NCBI GenBank assembly: GCA_022823765.1
Contig: JAJEHK010000255.1
Location: 1-50,929, forward strand
DNA length: 50,929 nucleotides
Reading direction: 5' to 3'
Source of the DNA: Alphaproteobacteria bacterium
Lineage (GTDB): Bacteria; Pseudomonadota; Alphaproteobacteria; SP197
Shown: one piece after another, positions 18,739-27,336 of the stretch
Layout of the letters: every line of letters begins with the position of its first letter
Numbering within the stretch: position 1 is the stretch's first letter
Notes under the pieces: generated by a model
Database searches by the model: none
Told to the model about the DNA's origin: nothing
What the model saw: only the letters and a program-made list of their open reading frames with translations
Translations under genes and position numbers: made by a program

Positions 18739-20358
18739 ATCGAATTGCCGCTTCACGATGATGGCGTCCTGCACCATGCCCTGCGCCTCGAGAGCCTGTG
18801 CCAGACCGAGAGTGGACCAGCCACTCTGCTGGTTCCATTCAAGGTCCTTGCGATAGACGGCTTCCGCTTCTTCCGCGCGCCCGGCGTCGAGTAGTGCCGC
18901 GCCCAGATAGAGGCGCATGGACTGGGACCAGTCGGGCGGCTCGGTGTAGTTGTTGGCGTCCTGCAATGCCACCGCCGCCTGAAAATGGGTGATGGCTGCA
19001 TCGAGGTTGCCCCGGGCTTCGGCGATTTCGCCATGCAGTGCATGGGCAGCCAGCTTCAGCATGTGCGAAGCAGGCGTCGGCCCGACTCCGGTATCGTCGA
19101 CGCCGTCGGCCTCGGCCTGCGCCTGAATGTTGGCCAGTTCGGCCTCCGCCATATGGAGCTGACCGTCAGTCACGTAAGCACTGCCGAGCACGTAGCTCCA
19201 CATGCCGTCGAGATACGGTGTGCCGGAGTGGCTCTGTTCGCCTTCCAGGATGCGGTCCCACTTGCCGAAGACCTTGTCCAACAGCCAGGAATGCGCCACC
19301 CGTTTTTCGCCTCCCCTGACCGCTTCGGCAACCCGGCCAACACTCTCCACACTGCGCTTGGCGGCTTCGAATGATGCGGCATAGTTGCCTTGCAGCATGT
19401 TGGCGTAACGCACGAAATCCAGCGCATGCGGCGCGTGAGACTTGTGCGACAGCGAATAGGTGCCAATCTTCGGAAAGTTGTTGTCACCCCAGATTTCGGC
19501 GAACTGCCGATCGACGATCTGGGAACGCACGTTGGCGTCGATGGCCTTTTCGTATTCACCGACACGCAGATAGATGTGGCCGGGCATATGCACCATGTGA
19601 CCCGAAATCGGAACGGTGCCTTCCAGCTTCTGGGCCGAAGGCAGGGCCAGTTCCGGTTCGCCGGAAGCCTCCATCAGATGGATGTAGAGATGATTCGCTC
19701 CGGGATGGTCGTGTTCGACTGCCATGGCGGCTTCGAACGCAGCACGCGCCTCAGCGGTGCCGTCTCTGGGTGAACCGTCAGGCTTCCAGTAATCCCAGCT
19801 TCTGGTGTTCATGTAGGCTTCGCCGAACATGGAAGCGATATCCGCATCGTCCGGATACTTGTGGTGCAGTTCGCGCATGGCGTTGAGATAGGCCTGATCC
19901 CGATCCCGGTCGTCCGCGATGGTCTCCTGGTCGTAGAGCACGAACAGCGCGTTGATCATGTCCCGTTCCCGCTCGGTACCATTGTCGATGCGCTCAAGCG
20001 CATTGCGGATGGCCTCGAGGCCTGCACCCTGGGGATCGTCCGGCAGACCGGCATAGCGGCTGTTGGGATTTGGTCCTGCGGCATGGGCCAGGCCGAAGTA
20101 TGGCATGGGATGGTCCGGGTCGTGGCGGGAAGCCTCCTGGTATGAGGCGATTGACTCCGGAAAGTAGAAACTCCAGGCCATGCGCAGACCCTGGTCGAAA
20201 AAGGCCTGGGCTTGCGCCGAATCGGTTGAAATCGGGCTGCTGTACGTGCCGCCTCCAGGGATCAGAATCGCCAGGGCTTCGCCGTCCTGGGCCTCGACCG
20301 TCTGCCAGCTCATCGCGGCTGCGAGCCAGCAGGAGGCCACAATCAAGAAACACTTCAC
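18691..20358 (-). CDS. secreted TPR-like repeat protein of unknown function (paralog of 30510-32240)
   Basis: Track ORF 18691-20406. GTG at 20358 is preceded by GAGGTG and gives VKCFLIVASCWLAAAMSWQTVEA as a signal peptide. Shares the HLYIHLMEAS, GHMVHMPGHIYLRVGEY and EEAEAVYRKDL blocks with the second copy. Confidence 0.7.
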   Translation of the reverse strand: MKCFLIVASCWLAAAMSWQTVEAQDGEALAILIPGGGTYSSPISTDSAQAQAFFDQGLRMAWSFYFPESIASYQEASRHDPDHPMPYFGLAHAAGPNPNSRYAGLPDDPQGAGLEAIRNALERIDNGTERERDMINALFVLYDQETIADDRDRDQAYLNAMRELHHKYPDDADIASMFGEAYMNTRSWDYWKPDGSPRDGTAEARAAFEAAMAVEHDHPGANHLYIHLMEASGEPELALPSAQKLEGTVPISGHMVHMPGHIYLRVGEYEKAIDANVRSQIVDRQFAEIWGDNNFPKIGTYSLSHKSHAPHALDFVRYANMLQGNYAASFEAAKRSVESVGRVAEAVRGGEKRVAHSWLLDKVFGKWDRILEGEQSHSGTPYLDGMWSYVLGSAYVTDGQLHMAEAELANIQAQAEADGVDDTGVGPTPASHMLKLAAHALHGEIAEARGNLDAAITHFQAAVALQDANNYTEPPDWSQSMRLYLGAALLDAGRAEEAEAVYRKDLEWNQQSGWSTLGLAQALEAQGMVQDAIIVKRQFDSLWRNADIELERSRL

Positions 20359-20523
20359 TGCTGGCACCTCACAAAATGGATTCTTCAAGGCTCTTCGACC
20401 CAACACCGGTCGGCGTCAAAGACATCACGCCCCCGATAGTTCTGCCAGTTCGAGGAATCCGGGAGCCAGGCACAACCGGCTCTCCGGGACGGCGATCCCG
20501 GCTCAGGGTCCCGCCCTGACCGC

Positions 20524-20973
20524 TCAAGGATCCAGGCGTTCGAAACGGCACCGGGAATGGATCTCGATCCAACCCTCGTTGGTGTCACTTGCCGATGCGT
20601 CGTAGTTGCACTCCGCTTCGAGACCCGCGTAGGCGCCGTCGGCACCGATCATGCCGTGAGCCCCGGAGGTTCCGCTCCTTTGTGACAGCACGTACAGCTT
20701 GCCGTTCGGCAGGTTCAACTCGGACACGGCAACGATGTCGCCATCCGCGATCCAGGCAAGCCCTAGTGCCGTGCCCTTGTGGCCAGCTTCGAAAGGCCTG
20801 TCAGCAGGGTCCACGATCTCCACGTCACAGCGGGACTGGCCGGCAGTCGTATCGCCTACCTCGACGTAAGCGGGCTGGCACAGGCTGATGGCGGTGAACT
20901 CGCCGGAATCCTCGGCGGCCACCGCTGCGGACGCCGCGATGAGAACGGCGCATGCCAGATTGATTCGCTTCAT
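20524..20973 (-). CDS. small secreted protein, four Cys, unknown function
   Basis: MKRINLACAVLIAASAAVAAED is a signal peptide. The mature part is about 127 aa with 4 Cys. Codons upstream of the 20973 Met have only about 60 percent GC3 by hand count, so the extension to 21180 is rejected. Confidence 0.6.
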   Translation of the reverse strand: MKRINLACAVLIAASAAVAAEDSGEFTAISLCQPAYVEVGDTTAGQSRCDVEIVDPADRPFEAGHKGTALGLAWIADGDIVAVSELNLPNGKLYVLSQRSGTSGAHGMIGADGAYAGLEAECNYDASASDTNEGWIEIHSRCRFERLDP

Positions 20974-21005
20974 GCAGGGCTCCCGTCTGTTGCAATCGGC
21001 ACACA

Positions 21006-21227
21006 CTAGGAGCCGAGCGTCCCGACCGCAACGGATCGGGTTTGGTCCCGTGCGGCCAGCCTGAGCAACGGCTTCGGCGACTCGAACGACAGGGGCTTCG
21101 ACGCGGTGTCCGATGATGAGTTCAGGGCCAGCAGCCTGTTCGGGAACCCGGAGGACCTGCTCTCCACCGGAGTCCCCCAAACCGGATCATGTTCGAGGAA
21201 GTGAAGGCCGGTCTTGGAAGGTTCCAT
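21006..21227 (-). CDS. possible small ORF (73 aa) in a long intergenic gap
   Basis: The only frame in the 449-nt gap with coding-like GC3 (about 80 percent by hand count). No recognisable motif, so it could also be a gene remnant. Confidence 0.2.
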   Translation of the reverse strand: MEPSKTGLHFLEHDPVWGTPVESRSSGFPNRLLALNSSSDTASKPLSFESPKPLLRLAARDQTRSVAVGTLGS

Positions 21228-21422
21228 CGCGGCGTCCGGAGGTGGGAGTTTCCGACAAATGCCAAGGCCGGGCCGACACGTCGGTCATCCCCGTTCCCGT
21301 CCCGTCAGGACCGGGAGAGACGGCCTCACACTGTCGCCAATTGACATGCTCCACCAATGCTTTATGTGGTCGCGTTCGCCGTGCGGCAGTACCTGCCATT
21401 CCAGGAGAGAAAGAGTACGACC

Positions 21423-21890
21423 ATGAAGACGATCCGCCACTTTCTGATCCTTGCCGTTGCGCCGTTCCTGGCGTTCGCGGCGCCCGTCGCGGCAAGCGAC
21501 GATCGGGGCACCCCCGAGGAGGCGCAGGACATGGTGGCGCGCGCCATCGCCTACTACGACGAGATGGGGGCCGAGGCGGCGCTGGCGAGGTTCAATGCCG
21601 ATCCGGCGCCGGAGTTCCTGGACCGCGACCTCTACATCTTCATCTATGGGCCTGATGGCTGGCTGGTGGCCCACGGCGTCGACCCCTCGCTTCTGGGAAG
21701 GACGTATTCGAGTTTCACGGATGTCGACGGCAAGCAATTCGGCCTGGAGATGCAGCAAACGGCCTCGGCGGACGGAACCTGGGTGGATTACAAGTGGATG
21801 AACCCGGCCACAGGAGAGGTCGAGCAAAAGTCGAGCTGGATGGTGTTGCATGACGGCCATCACTTCGGCGTGGGCATCTACAAGCCCTGA
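21423..21890 (+). CDS. stand-alone periplasmic single-Cache (sCache_2-like) domain protein
   Basis: MKTIRHFLILAVAPFLAFAAPVAA signal peptide. Then A.DMV.RAIAYYDE.G.EAAL.RFN....F.DRDLYIFIYG.DG..VAHG..P.L.G......D.DG...........G.WVDYKW.NP.TG....K.S......G..FGVG.YKP, the Cache_2 pattern. No transmitter domain. Confidence 0.75.
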   Translation: MKTIRHFLILAVAPFLAFAAPVAASDDRGTPEEAQDMVARAIAYYDEMGAEAALARFNADPAPEFLDRDLYIFIYGPDGWLVAHGVDPSLLGRTYSSFTDVDGKQFGLEMQQTASADGTWVDYKWMNPATGEVEQKSSWMVLHDGHHFGVGIYKP

Positions 21891-21918
21891 CCCATAAGTC
21901 GTGCGAACAGCCTCGGGT

Positions 21919-21947
21919 TTGAATGACACATATTATGGCGTTATAAT
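21919..21947 (+). promoter_or_regulatory. near-consensus sigma-70-type promoter for the RES-Xre operon
   Basis: TTGAAT (21919-21924), 17-nt spacer, TATAAT (21942-21947). It sits in a locally AT-rich patch immediately upstream of the antitoxin gene. Confidence 0.55.
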
Positions 21948-21972
21948 GCGTCAAGAAATGTGGAGTACAGCC

Positions 21973-22323
21973 ATGCGCTTTGAGGAGTTCGTAGAAGACC
22001 AGGTGTTTTCACCGACTCTCGTCGCAGAAGTGCTGCGCACTACAAAGTCGGAGGTTGCTGCCACGCTGGGTCTCGGGAGAGACGCATTCGCTCGTGCATC
22101 GCGGATCCGGGCGCGGAAGACCCAAAGTCGCATTCGCCAGATGCTGGAGATTCTCAACCGTGTCGAAGCCATAACCGGTTCGCCGCTTGCCGCCTACGCC
22201 TGGTTCCGTGCCGAGCCGTTGCCCGGGTTTGGCGGTGTCACGCCTGATCAGCTGCTTCGCCAGGGCCGTGCCGATCATGTGCATGCCTATCTCGACCGGA
22301 TCATGGCGGGTGGCTACGCTTGA
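21973..22323 (+). CDS. type II antitoxin, Xre/MbcA/ParS family (DUF2384 toxin-binding domain)
   Basis: The C-terminal AAYAWFRAEPLPGFGGVTPDQLLRQGRADHVHAYLDRIMAGGYA matches the DUF2384 signature. ATG 21973 is preceded by GGAG at -11 to -8. Earlier in-frame ATGs (21946, 21958) are possible. Confidence 0.8.
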   Translation: MRFEEFVEDQVFSPTLVAEVLRTTKSEVAATLGLGRDAFARASRIRARKTQSRIRQMLEILNRVEAITGSPLAAYAWFRAEPLPGFGGVTPDQLLRQGRADHVHAYLDRIMAGGYA

Positions 22324-22338
22324 GTTCGTGGGCAACTG

Positions 22339-22851
22339 ATGCGCTTTCAGGGAGTGGTGTACCGGGCACACAATCCACTGTGGTCCTGGGAGCCCCTGTC
22401 GGGTGAGGGCGCGCGCCGCCATGGCGGACGTTTCAACCGACGTGGCGTTGCGGCGCTCTACACATCTCTCTCTCCTCTCACCGCAGTCCGCGAAGCACAG
22501 CCGCTTGGTCGTCCCATGCAACCGCTCACGCTTTGCGCCTACAAGGTCGATGCCGAACCTGTCTTCGATGCGCTCAGCGAAGAGATGCGTCAGACCCTGA
22601 ACATTGGCTGGCATGACCTTGCATGCTCTGGTTGGGAAGCTGACATGCTCGCTGGCGCCGTCCCTGCATCGCAGTCTCTGGCTGATCGTCTGGTCGCTGC
22701 CGGCTATGTGGGCATGAGGGTTCGGAGCTTTGCCGCCGGCGCGGATGTCGATGATGCCAATCTTGTGATGTGGAGGTGGGGCGCCGAACGACCCGCCAGT
22801 GTTGTCCTCATCGACGATGAAGGCAGGCTTGCCGGCGGCCCGGCCCATTGA
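22339..22851 (+). CDS. RES domain toxin (MbcT/ParT-like NAD-targeting enzyme family)
   Basis: VYRAHNP....PLSGEGARRHGGRFN..G..ALYTS.SP.TA..E ... GMRVRSFA contains the conserved R, E and S positions of RES domains. It starts 16 nt after the antitoxin stop. Confidence 0.85.
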   Translation: MRFQGVVYRAHNPLWSWEPLSGEGARRHGGRFNRRGVAALYTSLSPLTAVREAQPLGRPMQPLTLCAYKVDAEPVFDALSEEMRQTLNIGWHDLACSGWEADMLAGAVPASQSLADRLVAAGYVGMRVRSFAAGADVDDANLVMWRWGAERPASVVLIDDEGRLAGGPAH

Positions 22852-22859
22852 TCGCTCCT

Positions 22860-22882
22860 GGCCAGGTGCACTCTCACTGGCC
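22860..22882. terminator. hairpin between convergent genes (possible bidirectional terminator)
   Basis: GGCCAG (22860-22865), 11-nt loop, CTGGCC (22877-22882), in the 51-nt gap between the RES toxin and the acyl-CoA ligase 3' ends. No U-tract. Confidence 0.3.
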
Positions 22883-22902
22883 TCTTGCCGGCATGACGGT
22901 CG

Positions 22903-24411
22903 TCACAGCATCCCGGCGAGCCTGATGCGCTGAACCTTGCCGGACGGGCCCCTGGGCAGGTCGGCGAGGACATGGATGCGGTCGGGAGCCCGGAAGGCGC
23001 CGAGCCTGGCGCGGCAGTGGGCGATGAGTTCATCGGGAGTGACCGTTGCGTCCTTCGCCAGGCAGACGGCGGCCTCGACGCGCTGGCCGTAGTCCGGGCA
23101 GTGTCTGGCGAATGCCGCCGCCTCGATGACATCGGGATGGGCGTGAAGTGCGTCATCGACTTCCCGGGGCGCGATGTTCTCGCCTCCCTTGATGATGAGT
23201 TCCTTCAGCCTTCCGGTGACATGAACGTAGCCATCGTTGTCCATGGAGCCGATATCGCCGGTCTTCAGCCAGCCATCCTTCGTGAAGGTGTCGCGGGTTG
23301 CGTCACCGTCATTGAGATAGCCCAGCATGACATTGGGACCCTTCACGGCGATTTCGCCCGTCTGGCCGGGTCCCAGCACGTGCCCGGCACCATCGATGAT
23401 GGCCGCCTCGTTGCCGATGGCCTTGCCCGACGAGCCGACCTTGCGCTTTCCGGGAGGCAGGGGATTGGCGAGAATCTGTGCTGCTGTTTCGGTGAGCCCC
23501 ATGGTCTCGATGAGCACGATCGCAAAACGCTTTTCGAAGGCTCTGTGAACATCGGGAGGAAGCGCCGATGAGGCGGACCGGGCGAACCGGAGACGGCGCA
23601 ACACCTCTCCGTTCGGTTCGCTGTCGTGATGGAGCAGGCGCGAGACGATGGTCGGGACACAGGAAAACCAGGTAGCGCCATACATGTGGCAGTCATCCCA
23701 GAAACGGCTCACGGAAAACCGCCGGCAGACGATCACGGAGCCGCCGGAAACGAGTGGTCCCATCAGCGTCACGCAGAGCCCGTTGATGTGGTAGTGGGGG
23801 AGAACGCACAACCCCCGGTCGTCCGGTCCGAGCTGGTGGGCGCATGCCGTGGTCCATCCACCCGCAAGCAGGCTTCGATGGCTGTGCAGCACACCCTTGG
23901 GCCGGCCCGTGGTTCCGGAGGTGTACATCAGCAGGGCCTCGTCATCGGCGGAGAACGGCTCCTGGCAGGGGAGCGGTGCACCGGCAAGCTCATCGGCGTC
24001 GATGACCGTGAACCCGTCCGCGTCTGCCTCATCGAAGTACGGCCGTGTCTCATGGTCGACAATGGCAATGCGCGCGCCGCTGTGGCGCAGTGTATGGCGG
24101 TGGGCGTCGGCACCGGCCGCAAGGTTCAACGGCGTGGCGCGAAAGCCGCCAAGGAACAGTCCGAACAGGACGAGGATGGCCGCCCGCCCGTTGTGAAGGA
24201 ACGTGACGACACTCTCGCCCCTGGTGGCGCCCGCAGCCGTCAGGGACCCGGCCACCGCTTCCGCTCCCTGGAGCAGACCGCTCCATGTGAGATCGGGTGA
24301 CCCATCCGCAAAGAGATGGCTGACCTTGTCGGGAGTCTGATGGGCGTACCGCTCGACCCAGTCTCGGATCGTGCCGGAGGGAGGATCGCCCCCCACGGTC
24401 ATCGGCCGCAT
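22903..24411 (-). CDS. AMP-dependent synthetase/ligase (acyl-CoA ligase, substrate unknown)
   Basis: 502 aa. YTSGTTGRPKGV, GLTE, TGD..S.D.DGY and PSGKV.R motifs. The start overlaps the upstream aldehyde dehydrogenase stop by 13 nt. Confidence 0.9.
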   Translation of the reverse strand: MRPMTVGGDPPSGTIRDWVERYAHQTPDKVSHLFADGSPDLTWSGLLQGAEAVAGSLTAAGATRGESVVTFLHNGRAAILVLFGLFLGGFRATPLNLAAGADAHRHTLRHSGARIAIVDHETRPYFDEADADGFTVIDADELAGAPLPCQEPFSADDEALLMYTSGTTGRPKGVLHSHRSLLAGGWTTACAHQLGPDDRGLCVLPHYHINGLCVTLMGPLVSGGSVIVCRRFSVSRFWDDCHMYGATWFSCVPTIVSRLLHHDSEPNGEVLRRLRFARSASSALPPDVHRAFEKRFAIVLIETMGLTETAAQILANPLPPGKRKVGSSGKAIGNEAAIIDGAGHVLGPGQTGEIAVKGPNVMLGYLNDGDATRDTFTKDGWLKTGDIGSMDNDGYVHVTGRLKELIIKGGENIAPREVDDALHAHPDVIEAAAFARHCPDYGQRVEAAVCLAKDATVTPDELIAHCRARLGAFRAPDRIHVLADLPRGPSGKVQRIRLAGML

Positions 24412-25808
24412 CCGGCCCAGTAGTCCTCGAACACGTCCTCGAGCGAGGGCTCGTTCGGAGGAATGGTCCGGACCACCCTGGTGATGTTGAGGAAGTGCTT
24501 CCAGTGGAGGTTTTCGTCGATGGAGTTGCCGCCCCAGCTGCCGCAGCCCATGGAGAGCGAGAAGGGAAGGCCGTTGTCGAAGGAACCGCCGGTGGCGATG
24601 GCGTGGGCCTGGTTGACGATGATGCGGCAGACCGGAAGCACACGTCCCAGTTCGACAGCGCGCTCGTCGCGCGAGGTATGGAGTCCCACCGAGTGCCCGG
24701 CGCCTGCATGGTCCAGAATTCGCGTGACGATGGCCCTGGCGTCGGCGAAGTCCCGGGCCCTGTAGAGTGCCGTGACGAGGGAGATCTTCTCGCCCGATAT
24801 CCGGTGCCGAGGCCCGGCATTCGCTGTCTCGACGGCGATGAAGCGCGTGTCGCCGGGAACCTCTTCTGCGAGTTCGAGTTCGTCGATCAGTACACGGGCG
24901 TCCCTTGCGATCGCCCGGGGATTCAATCGGCCGTCAGGCCACAGACGCTCGACGACGTGACGCTCCTTCGTGGAATCCAGGATGGCGCATCCCTCGTTCC
25001 GGAGTGCGGCCGAAAAGGAGTCATAGAGTTCGTCGACCACCACCAGGGCATTCTCCGAGGAACAGGAGGTCGCGTTGTCGAAGGCCTTGGAACGCGCGAT
25101 CAGCCTTGCCGCCGCTTCGGCGTTGGCGGTCTCGTCGACGATGACCGGAACGTTGCCCGTGCCAACGCCAATGGCCGGTGTTCCGCACGTGTAGGCCCGT
25201 CTCACGTTGTCTTGCGAACCCGTAGCCAGGGCCAGGTCCACGGTCTCGAGGAGTCTTCCGGTCCGTGTCTTGTTGGCAGGCGCTGGGATCATCTGGACGA
25301 GATCGGGATCGACGCAGGCCTTCGAGAACTCGTTGTGGATGTAGTCCAGCAGGCGCTGGCACGCTTCGGCCCCTTTCGGCGATGGCGACAACACGATCGC
25401 ATTGCCGCACTTGAGGGCATTGATGATGTTGTTGGCCGGGGTCGCGACCGGGTTGGTTGATGGGACGACGGCGCCGATCACGCCGACCGGTCGTGCGATC
25501 TCGGTGATTCCCCTCGCTGGATCTTCGGCAATCACGCCGCATGTCGCGACATGCGCGATGTCGCGCATCAGACCGAGTGTCTTGCGATGATTCTTGGTGA
25601 TCTTGTCGGTGACGTTGCCGAGTCCAGTCGACCTGACCGCAAGTTCCGACAGGGTCCGGTTGCGGCCCGGTTCCAGAAGCGCCCAGGCAGCCGCCTGGGA
25701 GGCCCTGTCGTAGCGCACTTGGGTGGCGCCCGATGCATAGCGGGCCTGGGCCGTCCGGGCCCGGGCCAGGAGATCCTCGACAAGCGCGATGTCGTCCTCA
25801 CAGGTCAT
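24399..25808 (-). CDS. CoA-acylating aldehyde dehydrogenase (EutE/PduP/SucD-like)
   Basis: 469 aa. VVPSTNPVATP, GTGNVPVIVDETAN and the catalytic-Cys context NATSCSSEN are typical of the acylating ALDH subgroup. Confidence 0.85.
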   Translation of the reverse strand: MTCEDDIALVEDLLARARTAQARYASGATQVRYDRASQAAAWALLEPGRNRTLSELAVRSTGLGNVTDKITKNHRKTLGLMRDIAHVATCGVIAEDPARGITEIARPVGVIGAVVPSTNPVATPANNIINALKCGNAIVLSPSPKGAEACQRLLDYIHNEFSKACVDPDLVQMIPAPANKTRTGRLLETVDLALATGSQDNVRRAYTCGTPAIGVGTGNVPVIVDETANAEAAARLIARSKAFDNATSCSSENALVVVDELYDSFSAALRNEGCAILDSTKERHVVERLWPDGRLNPRAIARDARVLIDELELAEEVPGDTRFIAVETANAGPRHRISGEKISLVTALYRARDFADARAIVTRILDHAGAGHSVGLHTSRDERAVELGRVLPVCRIIVNQAHAIATGGSFDNGLPFSLSMGCGSWGGNSIDENLHWKHFLNITRVVRTIPPNEPSLEDVFEDYWAGCGR

Positions 25809-25880
25809 GGTCTTTGCCCGCCCGTATTGCTGTCCGGGAGGGAGCGGGGCGGAGTATCCGCCCCGGTCCGCCCCGACAAT

Positions 25881-26843
25881 TCAAAGGTCCTTGAGAAGTT
25901 CGCGAAGATAGGCGTCGCGCTCCTCCCACATGGCGAGGACTTCCTCGCGGTTCATGACGTGAACCGGGGATCCTCCTGCCGCCATCTTACCGAGCACGCG
26001 GGAGTTCATGAACATCCCGGGCACGATCGCGGCGAGTTTCTCGATGATGGCATCGGGGGTTCCCTTGGGGACCATGATGCCGCGGAAGTTGACGGAACTG
26101 TTGTCGACGTCGAGGCCCTCTTCCATCATGGTCGGCACATCGGGGAGGAACTCCTCGTTCCTCTGGATGTCCGCTACCGCCAGGATCTTGACGTTGCCCG
26201 CCTCGCGGGCGCGGTAGGCGTCCGAGAGATTGTTGATGCCGGCCATCACGTCTCCCGCGATCACCGCCTTCATGGCCGCGGCGCCGCCGCCCTTGGTGGG
26301 AACGTACTGCATGGTCACGCCGGCGGCCTTCTCGATCTGCAGTGCGGCGATATGGTGGCCGACAAAGAGACCCGCGCCCGAGAAGGTGAGCTTGCCCGGG
26401 TTGGCTTCGGCCCAGGCGATGACATCCGCCATGGAATTGAAGGGGCTTTCCGTGCCGACGATGAATACCGCCGGGTCGGCGCCCCAGTTGGCGATGGGCT
26501 CGAAGCTGTCCTTCGAGTACTCGACCCCGCCCTTGATGCTCTGCGCGATGAAGTGCGGGATGTTGTAGGCGGCGAGCGTGTAGCCGTCGGCATCCGCCTC
26601 GGTGGCGAACCAGTTCCAGCCGACCCGGCCGCCCGCGCCGGGCTTGTTGATGATCGCGATCGGCACGCCGAGAGCGTCTTCGTTGCCGGCGGTCATCGTG
26701 ACGATGCGCGCCTGGAAATCCGTGGCGCCTCCCGCGCCGTAGGACACCATGAGCATGATCGGACGCTCGGGGTATTCGTCGGCCTGGACCGTTCCGACGA
26801 GTGCGGCCATCGCAATCACGAGGCCTGCGAGAATGTGTTTCAT
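25881..26843 (-). CDS. tctC: tripartite tricarboxylate transporter substrate-binding protein (Bug/TctC family)
   Basis: MKHILAGLVIAMAALVGTVQADEYPERPI..MVSYGAGGATD is the classic Bug-family N-terminus. ATG 26843 is preceded by AAGGAGAA. Confidence 0.9.
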   Translation of the reverse strand: MKHILAGLVIAMAALVGTVQADEYPERPIMLMVSYGAGGATDFQARIVTMTAGNEDALGVPIAIINKPGAGGRVGWNWFATEADADGYTLAAYNIPHFIAQSIKGGVEYSKDSFEPIANWGADPAVFIVGTESPFNSMADVIAWAEANPGKLTFSGAGLFVGHHIAALQIEKAAGVTMQYVPTKGGGAAAMKAVIAGDVMAGINNLSDAYRAREAGNVKILAVADIQRNEEFLPDVPTMMEEGLDVDNSSVNFRGIMVPKGTPDAIIEKLAAIVPGMFMNSRVLGKMAAGGSPVHVMNREEVLAMWEERDAYLRELLKDL

Positions 26844-26880
26844 GGGGGTTCTCCTTTCTTGTGGACAGGCTCGCGCCCGT

Positions 26881-27336
26881 CTAGATGAACAGTCCTCGTG
26901 GTGTGAACACCTTGAGAACAACGGAAAAAAGCAAGTACATGACGGCGAGATACGCGGCCGTGATGGCAAGGCGCCTCGCCCAGGTCCGGACCTGGTCGTG
27001 AGGCGCAGGATCGTGGAGCGAGAGAATGACGAGGAAGGCGATCGTGGAGGAGGTGTAGAAACCCAGCCACTTTGCCGCGAAGAAGATGTAGAGGCCGGCG
27101 ACGAGGACGCCCGGCAGGATCGACTTCACCAGATCCAGGGTGACCCCGCCCTCGGCAATGCGGCGCTCAAGGAGTGAGCGCAGGAACGTCCAGCCGGCTA
27201 GGGCGACGAAGGCCACGGAGATCAGCCTGGGAAAGAGGAAGGCTTCGGCGGGGGACTGGCTGAAGCTGATCCAGCAGACCCAGACCGCGACCAGCAGGAT
27301 GATGCCGGAGGCCAGGCGCGGCTGCAGGGCGGTCAT
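26881..27336 (-). CDS. tctB: tripartite tricarboxylate transporter TctB family small membrane subunit
   Basis: About 151-aa four-helix membrane protein. The ATG overlaps the tctA stop (ATGA at 27333-27336). Only this distal part of the 704-aa track ORF is credible. Confidence 0.8.
   Translation of the reverse strand: MTALQPRLASGIILLVAVWVCWISFSQSPAEAFLFPRLISVAFVALAGWTFLRSLLERRIAEGGVTLDLVKSILPGVLVAGLYIFFAAKWLGFYTSSTIAFLVILSLHDPAPHDQVRTWARRLAITAAYLAVMYLLFSVVLKVFTPRGLFI

Noticed and set aside
14296-22900. Genomic island integrated at tRNA-Arg
   Set aside because: There is no integrase, no phage or conjugation genes, and I found no direct repeat of the tRNA 3' end downstream. Only the RES-Xre cassette looks compositionally foreign.
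25551-26888. 445-aa plus-strand ORF
   Set aside because: It is antisense to the ALDH 5' end and the whole tctC gene, with no motifs.
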